Shown: in pieces, positions 47,372 to 56,903 of the stretch | Position numbering within the stretch: the stretch's first letter is position 1 | Layout: each line of letters starts with the position of its first letter | Assembly (NCBI GenBank): GCA_021817245.1 | Contig: JAKAVQ010000001.1 | Coordinates: 212,265 to 276,264, forward strand | Source of the DNA: Thermoplasmata archaeon | Lineage (GTDB): Archaea; Thermoplasmatota; Thermoplasmata; Lutacidiplasmatales; UBA184 | Length of the DNA stretch: 64,000 nt | Direction: 5' to 3' | The notes under the pieces: model-generated | The model's database searches: none | The model's input: the letters and a program-made list of their open reading frames with translations, nothing else | What the model was told of the DNA's origin: nothing | Position numbers and translations under genes: made by a program

Positions 47372-48560
47372 GCGCCCAGTCGGACGGGGGGCGCTCCGCC
47401 AGCGTGCGCCACGGGCTCGTCCCCCGGAACGGGAACGTCGTGCGGCCCCCGACGATCAGTCCGATTTCCCCCCAGTCGTCGCCGGGAGCCGTCCCGGGAG
47501 CGACGCCGATGAGATCGATGAGCACGGACCCGGGCGGCGCCTTCACGCGCGCGGCCACTTGGTCTTCGAGCGCTCGTCGTTCTGCCGGTCGGGCGAGGAG
47601 CCGCCGCCACGCCCGCCGCGCCCTTCCCTCGGCCGTTCGCCGACCGAAGGCCCGCTTGTACAGCCGACGCTCCGTCAATCCCGCGACCAGGGCGCCGCTC
47701 ATTCCCCCGGCCTCGGAAAGGCGCAGGAGAAGCTCGCCGTCGGTCGCCCGGAAGAGCGGACGGGCCGCCTCGGGGTAGCCCGGGAGCCGTTCCACCGCCC
47801 CCTGGGCCATCATCTCGGCGGCGCGGACGGTCTTGTGAAAGTAGACCGAGGAGTACATCAGCGCCCGTGCGACCAGGAACCCCTCGACCGCGCTCCGGCC
47901 CTTCTCGGCGAAAGCGATCCGCTCTCCGGCCGATCGGATCGTGTCGAGCAGGCGGACCGCGTCGACCGCCCCGTGAGCGACCCCGGTGTAGTACGCGTCG
48001 CGTTGCAGGTAGTCGATGCGATCCGCGTCGATCGCACCGTGCAGGATGCGGAGGAGGAGGGGAGCGCCGCCTGCCGCCGGGAGCCGGAGGAGGTCGGCGA
48101 CCGCGCGCGGCGAGATCCCGAACCGCTCGAGGACCCGGGGGACCTCGACCTTGTCGGCCGGCCAGTCCGGGTCCGTGCCCTCGACGCGGTCCCGGGAGAG
48201 CTTTTCGTGCGGACCCCCCAGCACCTCGGCCATCGGGCCGTCGAGGGTGTGGGAGAACGGACCATGGCCGAGGTCGTGGAGGAGCGCGCCGGCCGTCACC
48301 GTCTCTATCGTGGCGGTCGGCAACGCGAGTCCCTCCGCCATGCGGCGAGCGACCCAGTAGGTCCCGAGCGAGTGCTCGAGACGGGTGTGGTTCGCCCCGG
48401 GAAAGACGAGGTGGGCGAACCCGGTCTGCCGGATCCCCCAGAGCCGCTGGAACTCCGGGGTGCCGATCAGCGCGAGCGCGGCCCCCTCGAAGGAGATCGG
48501 TCCGTGTACCGGGTCGAAGATCGACTTCCGCGGACTTCGGCCCGGGCGGCCTCCGGCCAT
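47295..48560 (-). CDS. HD-domain phosphohydrolase (SAMHD1/dNTPase-like)
   Basis: DPVHG, FQRL, HTRLEHSLG, LLHDLGHGPFSH, DADRIDYL, VYFHK; CTTAAG element at 48585-48590. Confidence 0.9.
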   Translation of the reverse strand: MAGGRPGRSPRKSIFDPVHGPISFEGAALALIGTPEFQRLWGIRQTGFAHLVFPGANHTRLEHSLGTYWVARRMAEGLALPTATIETVTAGALLHDLGHGPFSHTLDGPMAEVLGGPHEKLSRDRVEGTDPDWPADKVEVPRVLERFGISPRAVADLLRLPAAGGAPLLLRILHGAIDADRIDYLQRDAYYTGVAHGAVDAVRLLDTIRSAGERIAFAEKGRSAVEGFLVARALMYSSVYFHKTVRAAEMMAQGAVERLPGYPEAARPLFRATDGELLLRLSEAGGMSGALVAGLTERRLYKRAFGRRTAEGRARRAWRRLLARPAERRALEDQVAARVKAPPGSVLIDLIGVAPGTAPGDDWGEIGLIVGGRTTFPFRGTSPWRTLAERPPSDWALSVYAAPRWAGAVGRSLSRDPSLLV

Positions 48561-48637
48561 CGCCCGGCGGCAGGCGTGCCCGACCTTAAGCCCCCGGCCG
48601 CCGGCCCGGCGCGCAACCCGCCAGTCGAGGACGAACG

Positions 48638-48645
48638 TATTTATG
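48638..48645 (+). promoter_or_regulatory. TATA box of giant TPR gene
   Basis: TATTTATG about 26 nt upstream of ATG 48671. Confidence 0.6.
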
Positions 48646-48670
48646 AACACGTTGACGTCGGAGAACGGTC

Positions 48671-51600
48671 ATGAGTACACAGGGGTCCGCCCAGGACCCG
48701 AACGGCGACCCGGTCGGGGGGATCCACGCGCACTGGCACGCGGTCGAGGAAGCGGAGTCGCGCCCCGACCGAGGGCGGTACCTGGGGGCGCTCAAGGGGT
48801 TCCTTGCGTTCGCCGAGGGCCACGCGGCGGAGCTCGCCAACGCCGCGGCGGAGGCGACCCCGCTGCTCGAGGAGGCCGCGATGGCGTTCTCTCGGGCGGG
48901 CCAGCCGGACTTCGCCCGTCGGGCGGTCGACCTCGGGCTCTCCCTCACCCCGGGCTCCGCCTCGCTGCTCCACCAGAAGGCGCTCGTCCTGCTCGCGCAG
49001 AACCAGGACCTTCCCGAGGTCGTCCGCCTTACCGACCAGGCTCTCGAGGCGAACCCGCACGACAAGGGCCTCTGGGCGACGCGGGCGGATGCGCTTCGGC
49101 TTGAGGGGCTTACGGCCGAGGCGGTCGAGTCGTATCTCAAGGCCCAGCAGCTCGACGCGGCATCGACCCAGTACGTCGACAAGGCCCTCAAGATCGCACC
49201 GCGCGACCCCCGCGTTCTCCGTACGAAGCTCGACCTCGCCCGCGCGCTCGGCGGCGAACTGCCGGCCCTCGCGGCGTGCGAGGAGCTCCTGAAGGAGCGG
49301 CCGGACGACCTCGAGCTCCTCGATGCCCGGGCGGAGCTCCTCGCCGCCCTCGGCCGGACCGAGGAGGCGCTCGAGCCGCTCGCCCGGGTGCGGGCCGCGC
49401 TCCCGGACGACGTCCGGTCCAACCTGCTCGCGGTCCGCCTGCTCGTCCGTCTCGGACGGGACGAGGAGCTGCTCCCGATCGCGAAGGCGATCGTGGAGGG
49501 CGTTAAGGCCCCGGATCCCGCGGCGCTCGGCGAGATCGCCCACCTCACCGAGACGAAGTTTCCCGAGCTGGCGCTCTCCGCGCGGGAGCACCTCAAGGAC
49601 CTCGACCCGAGGAACCTCCAGAACCTGCTCGATCTGCGGACGCTCGCGACGCGGCTCGACCAGCCCGAGATCGCGCTCGCGGCACTGCGCACCGTCCTCT
49701 CGACTCAGCCCGACAGCCTCGAGGCGATGCGGGGGATCGCCGAGATCGAGCTCGGCCAGGGCCACGGCGAAGCGGCCCTCGAAGCGTACCGCGCGCTCGC
49801 CAAGGCGCATCCCCACGCGGTGAGCGAGCTCCGGAAGGGGCTCGATGCCGCCCGGGAGCTCGGACGCCCGGACCTCCTCCTCGAGTTCGCGCGGGCGATC
49901 CTGGGCGAAGATCCCGCCGACCTCGCCGCGCAGGTCGCGCTGGCCCGAACGCTCGCGTCCGCCGGGCAGCTCGCCGAAGCGCTCCGGGCCTACGACGCCC
50001 TCCTCGCCGCGCACCCCGGCGATCTCGACTACCTTCTCGAGAAGAAGGACGTGGTGGCCCGCGCGGACGATCCGGTCGCTCTCGCCTCGGTGCTGGACGA
50101 CCTGTTCCGCCTCGATCCGACGCGCACCGAGGTCGCCGTGGAGCGCGGGAACCTCCACCTGAACCTCGCGTACGACCGGCCGGAAGGTTCGGCCGAGCGA
50201 GAGCGCGATGCGCGGACCGCGCTCGTCTCCTACGAGCGGGCATCCACGGACCCGCAGGCGGCCGCCATCGCCGGTCTCGGGATCGCCCGCGCCTCTCGAT
50301 TGATCGGGGACCACGAACGGGCGATCCGCGCCTACGAGAGCTTTCTCGCCCCCCCCTCGAACCAGGGGCGGTACGACATCCTGAAAGAGCTCGGTCACGC
50401 GCTCCGGGAGACCGGACGATACTCCGAGGCCGCGGAGGCCTACGGCCGCGCGATCTCGGGCGGCCTCGAGGACCCCGACCTTTTCTGGGGGGCCGCCGAG
50501 GTGCTCGCCCAGCTGAACCAGGACGCCCGGGCCCTGCAGCTGCTCGACCTCCTGCTGCGACGGGAGCCGTCGAACCCCCTCTATCTCCGACGCAAGGGCC
50601 AGCTCCTCCTCAAGGCCGGTCGCCGCGCGGACGCGCTCGCGGTCCTGCAGCAGGCGGTGGCGAGCGCGCACGGGGACCCCCACGCGTACTTCGAGGTCGC
50701 GGAAGCGCTGCGGGCCCAGGGAGCGTACGCCGACGCGGTCTCGTACTACCGGCGCGGGATCGGCCTCGACCCGAAGAACCGCCACGGGCGGCTCGCGCTC
50801 GCCGAGACGCTCGGGCTGGCCGGTCAGTACTCGGAGGTCGTCGACCTCATCGACCCGCTGCTCACCGAGGACCCGAACGATATCGCCGCTTGGAGGGTCC
50901 GGGGCGACGCGCTCCGGGCCCTCGGCCGGCCATCGGAGGTCCTCTACTCCCTACGGGCGATCCTCCTTCTCGAACCGGACAACGGCCCGGCCCTCCTCGA
51001 GATGTACCGTCTCCATCGCGACGCCAAGGAGACGAAGGAGGCGTTCGAGACGCTGAGCCGGCTTCTCGCCTCCGACGCTCCCGAGGCGCAGGACGCGACC
51101 CTCCAGCTCGAGCGCGGAGACCTCGCGGCCAGCCTCGGTCTTACCGAGGAAGCGAACGGCTCCTACGAGCGCGCCGCGCAGATCGACCCGGTCTACGGCG
51201 TCGAGATCGCGATCCGCCGCGCCCGACTGCGCCTCACCGCCGGTCGTCCGGATCTCGCCCTCGAGGTCCTCGACGAGGGGCTGAAGGGCCACCCGGAAGG
51301 TGCGCCGCCGAACCTCGGGGCGCTCCTCCTTCGGGCCGAGATCCTCGACGCGCTCGAGCGACCGGCCGAGTCCCGGGCCGTCTACGAAGAGGTCCGCCGC
51401 CGGGAGCCGAAATCCCCGGTCGCGCTCGCCGGCATCGCGCGGGCGATGCTCGCCCAGGGTCAGCACGCGGACGCCGCGGAGTTCCTGCGCGCTTCGATCC
51501 CTCAGGTGCCGCCGCAGGAATCCCTCTACCTCCTTCTCGCCGAGGCCGAAGGGGGGCTCGGCCACCTCGACCGAGCGACGGAGGCGGTCCGGGAGGGGAC

Positions 51601-53272
51601 CAAGGTCCTCCCGAAGAGCGTCGCGCTCTGGCGCCGCCTCGGAGAGCTCGGGGTGGCCCTGCAGGCCTGGGCCGACGCCGCGGGCGCGTTCGCGCACGCC
51701 CTCTCGATCGCTCCGGCGGAGCTCGAAGTGCTGCTGCGCGCCGGCTTCGTCGCCGAGCGGATGGGGCATCCGAACGAGGCGCTCGCGTTCTACGAGCGCG
51801 CGACGGAGGCCGATCCCGCGTCGAAGCAGGGCTGGACCAGCCGGGGGCTCGCGCTCCTCGCCACGTCCCGGCCCAATGACGCGACGCTCTCCTTCGACCG
51901 CGCGCTGGCGCTCGACTCGGACTACGCCCCCGCGAAGGACGGCAAGAAGGTCGCCTCCCAGAAGACCCGGGACGTCGAGATCCAGAAGCACGGCCGGGAG
52001 GCGCTTCTCCTCGAAGCCCGGCTGAACCGCACGGTCGCGAAGAACGATCTCTTCGTCACGCTCCACGTCCCGTACGAGTTCCTCGAGCCGGTGCTGAGCG
52101 CGATCGGACGGACGCCGAAGATCGACCTCGAGACGCTCGAGGCGGGGGAGGTCCGGGACCTCGAGAACGCCTCCTACCATCTCATCACGTCGGCCCTCGA
52201 GCGGCGTCCCCCCGGGATCGAACGCCGGGGGTTCACGCTCGCGGACGTGGCCGTCCTCGCCCCCCCCGCGTACGCCCTCGACCAGATCCAGCGGCTCTTC
52301 GGCTACCTGAAGGCGGTCCTCGAGGCCGACCTCCGCGCGGAGAACCTTTCGCTCACGCCCGACGTCGAGGAGCTCGCGCGCCAGGCGCTCGGGCTGCCGG
52401 CGGAGCAGCGCACCCTCTTCCAGATCGTGAAGAACCTGCGGGTCGGGATCTTCAAGGCCCGGCTCATCAAGGTCGTCGAGGCAGCGGGAAGCGCGGTCCA
52501 CGCGCCGCTGCCCTCGCTCGATCTCGGCGCCTACTCCCCCGAGTTCCGCAGGGCGGAAGGAGAGGAGGCCGCCTCCGACGGAGAGCGGTTTTTCGCCCCT
52601 GAAAACACCCCGGGGCCCTCCGCGATCGACGCCGTCCCGGCCGGGCACCCCGACTGGTCGGCCGAGCCGCTCCCGGCCGCCCACGTTCCCGAGGCCCTAG
52701 CGCCGTCGGGCCCGGCGGCGCCGGGGCCCGTCCCCGGAGGCTCGGCCCCGGCCCGGTGCGTCGGGTGCGGAGGGATCGCCTCCGTGGTCCACGTCTGTTC
52801 CGCTCCGCTCTGCCAGCACTGCATCGGCCAGTTCCCGAACTGCCCGAAGTGCGGGGAGCCGGTCTCCACCGACTCGACGCATCCGGTGGAGGGGGTGGTC
52901 GTCGTGCGAGCGGCCGCACCGCACTCGGCCGCGCATCCGACCGGTACGCTGAGCGGCTTGCGCGGGGTCTTCGGCCGGTCCAAGTCCGGCCCGTCGAAGG
53001 GCGAGGCGCCGACCGCCCACCCGACCGCGGGAAAGCAGGAGCACCCGCTGAAGCCGGCCCACACCCCGCCCGAGAAGTCGCATCCCTCCGCGGCGCCGGC
53101 CACCGCGCTGCCGGCGCCGAAGAGGGACACCCCCTCTCCGACGCCGGGCCACCCGCCGACCGCCAAGGAACCGAAGCCGGTTCCCGGAAAGCCGATCGCC
53201 GAACCGCCCCCGCCTCCACCCACCCCTCCGCGCCCTCGCCGGGAGAAGCGGGACGACGAGCCCCGTCTCTGA
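48671..53272 (+). CDS. Giant TPR-repeat protein with C-terminal Cys/His finger and Pro-rich tail
   Basis: Over 1100 aa of TPR-like units (A...Y.RA...DP), then CVGC...HVC...CQHC...CPKC. Confidence 0.9.
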   Translation: MSTQGSAQDPNGDPVGGIHAHWHAVEEAESRPDRGRYLGALKGFLAFAEGHAAELANAAAEATPLLEEAAMAFSRAGQPDFARRAVDLGLSLTPGSASLLHQKALVLLAQNQDLPEVVRLTDQALEANPHDKGLWATRADALRLEGLTAEAVESYLKAQQLDAASTQYVDKALKIAPRDPRVLRTKLDLARALGGELPALAACEELLKERPDDLELLDARAELLAALGRTEEALEPLARVRAALPDDVRSNLLAVRLLVRLGRDEELLPIAKAIVEGVKAPDPAALGEIAHLTETKFPELALSAREHLKDLDPRNLQNLLDLRTLATRLDQPEIALAALRTVLSTQPDSLEAMRGIAEIELGQGHGEAALEAYRALAKAHPHAVSELRKGLDAARELGRPDLLLEFARAILGEDPADLAAQVALARTLASAGQLAEALRAYDALLAAHPGDLDYLLEKKDVVARADDPVALASVLDDLFRLDPTRTEVAVERGNLHLNLAYDRPEGSAERERDARTALVSYERASTDPQAAAIAGLGIARASRLIGDHERAIRAYESFLAPPSNQGRYDILKELGHALRETGRYSEAAEAYGRAISGGLEDPDLFWGAAEVLAQLNQDARALQLLDLLLRREPSNPLYLRRKGQLLLKAGRRADALAVLQQAVASAHGDPHAYFEVAEALRAQGAYADAVSYYRRGIGLDPKNRHGRLALAETLGLAGQYSEVVDLIDPLLTEDPNDIAAWRVRGDALRALGRPSEVLYSLRAILLLEPDNGPALLEMYRLHRDAKETKEAFETLSRLLASDAPEAQDATLQLERGDLAASLGLTEEANGSYERAAQIDPVYGVEIAIRRARLRLTAGRPDLALEVLDEGLKGHPEGAPPNLGALLLRAEILDALERPAESRAVYEEVRRREPKSPVALAGIARAMLAQGQHADAAEFLRASIPQVPPQESLYLLLAEAEGGLGHLDRATEAVREGTKVLPKSVALWRRLGELGVALQAWADAAGAFAHALSIAPAELEVLLRAGFVAERMGHPNEALAFYERATEADPASKQGWTSRGLALLATSRPNDATLSFDRALALDSDYAPAKDGKKVASQKTRDVEIQKHGREALLLEARLNRTVAKNDLFVTLHVPYEFLEPVLSAIGRTPKIDLETLEAGEVRDLENASYHLITSALERRPPGIERRGFTLADVAVLAPPAYALDQIQRLFGYLKAVLEADLRAENLSLTPDVEELARQALGLPAEQRTLFQIVKNLRVGIFKARLIKVVEAAGSAVHAPLPSLDLGAYSPEFRRAEGEEAASDGERFFAPENTPGPSAIDAVPAGHPDWSAEPLPAAHVPEALAPSGPAAPGPVPGGSAPARCVGCGGIASVVHVCSAPLCQHCIGQFPNCPKCGEPVSTDSTHPVEGVVVVRAAAPHSAAHPTGTLSGLRGVFGRSKSGPSKGEAPTAHPTAGKQEHPLKPAHTPPEKSHPSAAPATALPAPKRDTPSPTPGHPPTAKEPKPVPGKPIAEPPPPPPTPPRPRREKRDDEPRL

Positions 53273-53331
53273 AGGGACCGGGGGAACGAGCCCTCTTATA
53301 GTCGGCCCGGCCTTTTCGCGCCAGGTGGTCC

Positions 53332-53889
53332 ATGGCGAGCCCTTCGACCGGTCTTCGGCCGGTGCGCGACCGTTGGAGCGGCGCGGTGCTGACCGCGCTG
53401 TTCCTCGTCCTCGCGGTCCTCATCTTCGCGGCGCTGTACTTCGCCTTGCCGGCGCAGTCCCACTTCTACGCGTTGATCGCGATCGGAATCGTCTCCCTCC
53501 TCTTCGCGCTCGGATCCTACCTCGCGGAGGCCGCGTCGAAGCAGCCGACCGCCCAGCGGTCGCTCGCGTGGGGGTTCTTCGGTATGGGGTTCGCCGTGCT
53601 CCTGCTCACGGTCGGTCTCAGCACGACCTACGGGATCCTTGGCATCACGGCGGCGCTTGTCGGCCTCATCCTGATCGTCGTGGTCCTCTTCGTCACGGTC
53701 CTGCTGATCGCCTGGCGGGGCCGGGCCGTGCGCGCGACCGAGAACCAGCAGGTCGCCCGCGCGGCCTGGAGGGCGGAGTCCGCTCCGTCGGCGTTCTCCT
53801 ACGCGACCGCGAACTCGCCGAGCGTCCCCCAGACCGTGCCGGCGCCCCCGACCGGCGGTCCGGCGTCCCCGCCTCCCCGGAGTCCGTAA
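53332..53889 (+). CDS. Four-TM membrane protein
   Basis: Four hydrophobic helices, Pro-rich tail; CTTATAG element at 53295-53301. Confidence 0.8.
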   Translation: MASPSTGLRPVRDRWSGAVLTALFLVLAVLIFAALYFALPAQSHFYALIAIGIVSLLFALGSYLAEAASKQPTAQRSLAWGFFGMGFAVLLLTVGLSTTYGILGITAALVGLILIVVVLFVTVLLIAWRGRAVRATENQQVARAAWRAESAPSAFSYATANSPSVPQTVPAPPTGGPASPPPRSP

Positions 53890-53890
53890 G

Positions 53891-54592
53891 ATGGCGACCA
53901 ACGCAAATCCTGCGCCCGCACCGGTCCCGACCCCGACCGTCTGCCCAAAGTGCGGCACCCCGGCCCCCGCCGGGGTCCGCTTCTGCGGAGCGTGCGGTTC
54001 GTCGCTGACGGTCGTCTCGGGCAGCTCGACCGGGACGCTTCCGCCCGCGGCCGCTCCCCCGGTCGATCTCCGTCAGACGGTCGAGGCGAACCGGGGGTGG
54101 CTCAAGCGGCTCCAGCTGCTGATCCCCGGTTTCCGAGGCTACCGTCAGGGGGAGGATATCCGGGAGGCGGACGCCTTCCTGCGCCTCCAGGTCGCCGACA
54201 AGATCCGCAACGCACGCACGACCGTCGAGAACAGCCGCGCGGGCCTCGCGAACGCCGGCCAGTTCGGGGTCCTGAACGACCTGTCGCCGCTGATCGCGAA
54301 CCTCTGGCAGCTCGAAGGAGAGGTCCGCCATGCCGAGCAGGGGTATACGGGCATCTCGCCGGCGGTGCGCGTCAACCCCCAGCAGCTCGACCGCCTCTAC
54401 GAGTACGACTACGGGTTCGCGCAGGCGGCCGACCAGCTGAACACCACCGTCTCCTCGCTCCCCGAGTTGCTCCTGGGTGGGGACGCAACGAAGGCGCCCG
54501 GGGTGATCGCGGCGGCCCGCGGCGAGGTCAACCAGCTCGGCCAGGCGTTCAAGGCGCGTCTCCAGGTGATCGAGGGGATCCGCATCTCGTAG
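53891..54592 (+). CDS. Zn-ribbon + alpha-helical domain protein
   Basis: CPKC...FCGAC then IPGFRGY...READAFLR helical domain; starts 1 nt after the upstream stop. Confidence 0.85.
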   Translation: MATNANPAPAPVPTPTVCPKCGTPAPAGVRFCGACGSSLTVVSGSSTGTLPPAAAPPVDLRQTVEANRGWLKRLQLLIPGFRGYRQGEDIREADAFLRLQVADKIRNARTTVENSRAGLANAGQFGVLNDLSPLIANLWQLEGEVRHAEQGYTGISPAVRVNPQQLDRLYEYDYGFAQAADQLNTTVSSLPELLLGGDATKAPGVIAAARGEVNQLGQAFKARLQVIEGIRIS

Positions 54593-54619
54593 CGAGTACC
54601 GGCCGAACGGAGGAGAACG

Positions 54620-55780
54620 ATGGTCACGAACAACCCGATCCCGGCGAAGGGCGGCAGTCTCATCGGCGCGACGACGATCAACTGGGAGGACGTCTACAAG
54701 GGCAACAACGTCCTCTGGCGCGTTCCGCGGAACATCCGCTGGAACGACAACATCGTGGTCCGTGAGGACGAGACCGCGGTCTTCTACCGGGACGGAAAGG
54801 TCCTTGCGTACCTCGATAAGCCGGACCGGTACGCGCTCACCAGCATGAACACCCGCCTGGTCGGCGGGGTGATTCAGGCGCTCTCGGGGGTCCGCCAGGA
54901 GGCGGAGGTCTACTACCTCCAGCGCCGCATCTTCGACGGGAAGTTCGGCAGCGCCGAACCGTACGTCTTCCGCGACCCGGACTTCGGCCTCGTGAACCTG
55001 CGAGTCTTCGGCAGCTACCGCTGGCGCGTCGGCGCGCCGGACAACTTCATCAATCAGTTCGTCGGGACGTTCGGCGCCGTCTCGACGCCCGACGTCGAGG
55101 CGCGTCTGCGGGACCAGATGGTCCTTTTGATCTACAACACGCTCGGCAAGATGAAGGAGCAGGGGCTGCGGGTCACCGACCTCGCCGCCCAGGTGATGAC
55201 GATCGAGCAAGCCGTGCTCGGCTTCGCCCCCCAGCATTTCGGACCTCTCGGGGTCGAGATCAACCAGCTCCAGGGCCTTTCGATCAACCTGCCCGACGAG
55301 GTCACGAAGGCCGTCAACACCCGCTCGAAGATGGGGGTGCTCGGCGTGAACTACATGCAGTACCAGGCCGGCCAAGCGATGACCACCGCGGCCGCGAACC
55401 CCTCCGGAGGTGCCGGCGCGATGGCCGGCGCCGGTGTCGGGCTCGGAGCGGGCCTCGGGATCGGGTACGGCATGGTCGGCCAGATGCAGGGCGCCTACGC
55501 CGCCGGGCCGAGCCAGCCGTGCCGGAAGTGCGGGGCGATGGTCCCGGCCGGGACCCGGTTCTGCCCGAGCTGTGGCAACCCGATGACGGCGCCGCCTCCG
55601 GAGGCGGCCGGGCCCCCATGCCCGAAGTGCGGGCAACCGACCGCTCCGGGCGCGAAGTTCTGCCCGAGCTGCGGAGCGTCGCTCGCACCGGCTCCTCCCC
55701 GAAAGTGCCCGAAGTGCTCGGCGGACGTTCCGGCGGCGAGCAGGTTCTGCCCGAGCTGCGGCACCGCTATGGGGCCGTGA
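54620..55780 (+). CDS. SPFH/Band-7 domain protein (YdjI-like) with three C-terminal Zn ribbons
   Basis: IVVREDETAVFYRDGK, KFGSAEP..FRDPDFG..LRVFGSY, GAGVGLGAGLG, 3x CxxC...FCPSCG; GGAGGAG RBS. Confidence 0.85.
   Translation: MVTNNPIPAKGGSLIGATTINWEDVYKGNNVLWRVPRNIRWNDNIVVREDETAVFYRDGKVLAYLDKPDRYALTSMNTRLVGGVIQALSGVRQEAEVYYLQRRIFDGKFGSAEPYVFRDPDFGLVNLRVFGSYRWRVGAPDNFINQFVGTFGAVSTPDVEARLRDQMVLLIYNTLGKMKEQGLRVTDLAAQVMTIEQAVLGFAPQHFGPLGVEINQLQGLSINLPDEVTKAVNTRSKMGVLGVNYMQYQAGQAMTTAAANPSGGAGAMAGAGVGLGAGLGIGYGMVGQMQGAYAAGPSQPCRKCGAMVPAGTRFCPSCGNPMTAPPPEAAGPPCPKCGQPTAPGAKFCPSCGASLAPAPPRKCPKCSADVPAASRFCPSCGTAMGP
55558..55758 (+). repeat. Intragenic triple repeat encoding Zn-ribbon knuckles
   Basis: GTTCTGCCCGAGCTG at 55558, 55657 and 55744. 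Confidence 0.7.
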
Positions 55781-55835
55781 CCCCGACGGAGCGCACGGGC
55801 GGACCGACCACCCTCCCCCACCAAGGTAGAGACTG

Positions 55836-56813
55836 ATGTTCTGCGAGAAGTGCGGCACGCAACTGCCCGACGACGCACGCTTCTGCTCCAAGTGCGGCAC
55901 GCCGACCGGGGGAGGGGGCGCGTCCCCGACCGCGGCGTCCTCCGCCCCTTCGCCTCCCTCTCTCGCGCCTTCGGGAGCCCAGGAGCTGAAGTGCCCGAAT
56001 TGCGGTGCGCCGATCAAGCCGGTCCTCGGCGAGATGGTCATCACCTGCGACTACTGCGGTGGCTCGGTCACGCTCGGTGGCGCCGGATGGAAGGAGATTA
56101 ACAAACACACGATGCTGACGCTCAAGGTCGCGGACCGCGCGGCGGCCCTCGAAGTCGTCCGCGCGTACCTCGACCAGGGCTTCTTCCACCGCCACTTCTT
56201 CGAGGAGGCGAAGCTCGTCGAGGGGCGGCTCAGCTTCGTGCCGTTCTGGGTCCTGCCGGCGTCGGCGTCGACGACGTACCAGTACCAGGCCGTTGCGACG
56301 AGCGTCGGCGCGACGGTCGGCACGATCGCCGCGGGCGCCTTGCTCGGCAGCGCGCTCAGCGGCGGCCGCGGGGGCGGCGGGTTCGGTGTGATCCCGATCA
56401 TGGCCGGCCCGGTCGTGAACCCTACCCGCTCTGCCACGATCTCGGGACAGTACGAGTACCCGGTCGTCGCCGTCAAGGCGATGGATCAGTACCAGCCGAA
56501 GGACTACCGGTTCGCCCTCGGCGACCGGACGCTGTTCGACCGCAAGTCGATCCCGAGCGGCACCGCGGTCCTGAACGGAGATCTCGGCGAGGATGCCGCG
56601 CAGCACGCCGCGAAGGCGTACGTCCAGCAGATCCAGTCGGAGGAGGCGCATCACAAGCACAGCATGGTCTCGAACCTCCGGTGCGAGGTCGATGTCTCGG
56701 ACGGGGAGCTCCTCCACGTTCCGATCTGGTACTTCCGGTTCGAGCACAAGGATGCCCAGCCCGCGGTGATCGTGGACGGGAACGCCGGTCGGGTCATCCA
56801 GACGGTCACCTAG
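55836..56813 (+). CDS. Zn-ribbon protein, YdjG-like
   Basis: FCEKC..FCSKC, CPNC..CDYC, FVPFW, HVPIW, VDGNAG. Confidence 0.75.
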   Translation: MFCEKCGTQLPDDARFCSKCGTPTGGGGASPTAASSAPSPPSLAPSGAQELKCPNCGAPIKPVLGEMVITCDYCGGSVTLGGAGWKEINKHTMLTLKVADRAAALEVVRAYLDQGFFHRHFFEEAKLVEGRLSFVPFWVLPASASTTYQYQAVATSVGATVGTIAAGALLGSALSGGRGGGGFGVIPIMAGPVVNPTRSATISGQYEYPVVAVKAMDQYQPKDYRFALGDRTLFDRKSIPSGTAVLNGDLGEDAAQHAAKAYVQQIQSEEAHHKHSMVSNLRCEVDVSDGELLHVPIWYFRFEHKDAQPAVIVDGNAGRVIQTVT

Positions 56814-56903
56814 GCGCCCCTCGGACCGTGGGGAGCGCGTCCCCCCGGCCCGCCGCGCGGGGGAAGGTTTACGTATAGGTCCCTGACCTCGTTCTCAGAT
56901 AGG

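Noticed and set aside
46871-48560. EVE + SAMHD1-like HD genes as an anti-phage pair
   Set aside because: Convergent with separate promoters, both families are common housekeeping genes, and no other defence genes or mobility signs are nearby.
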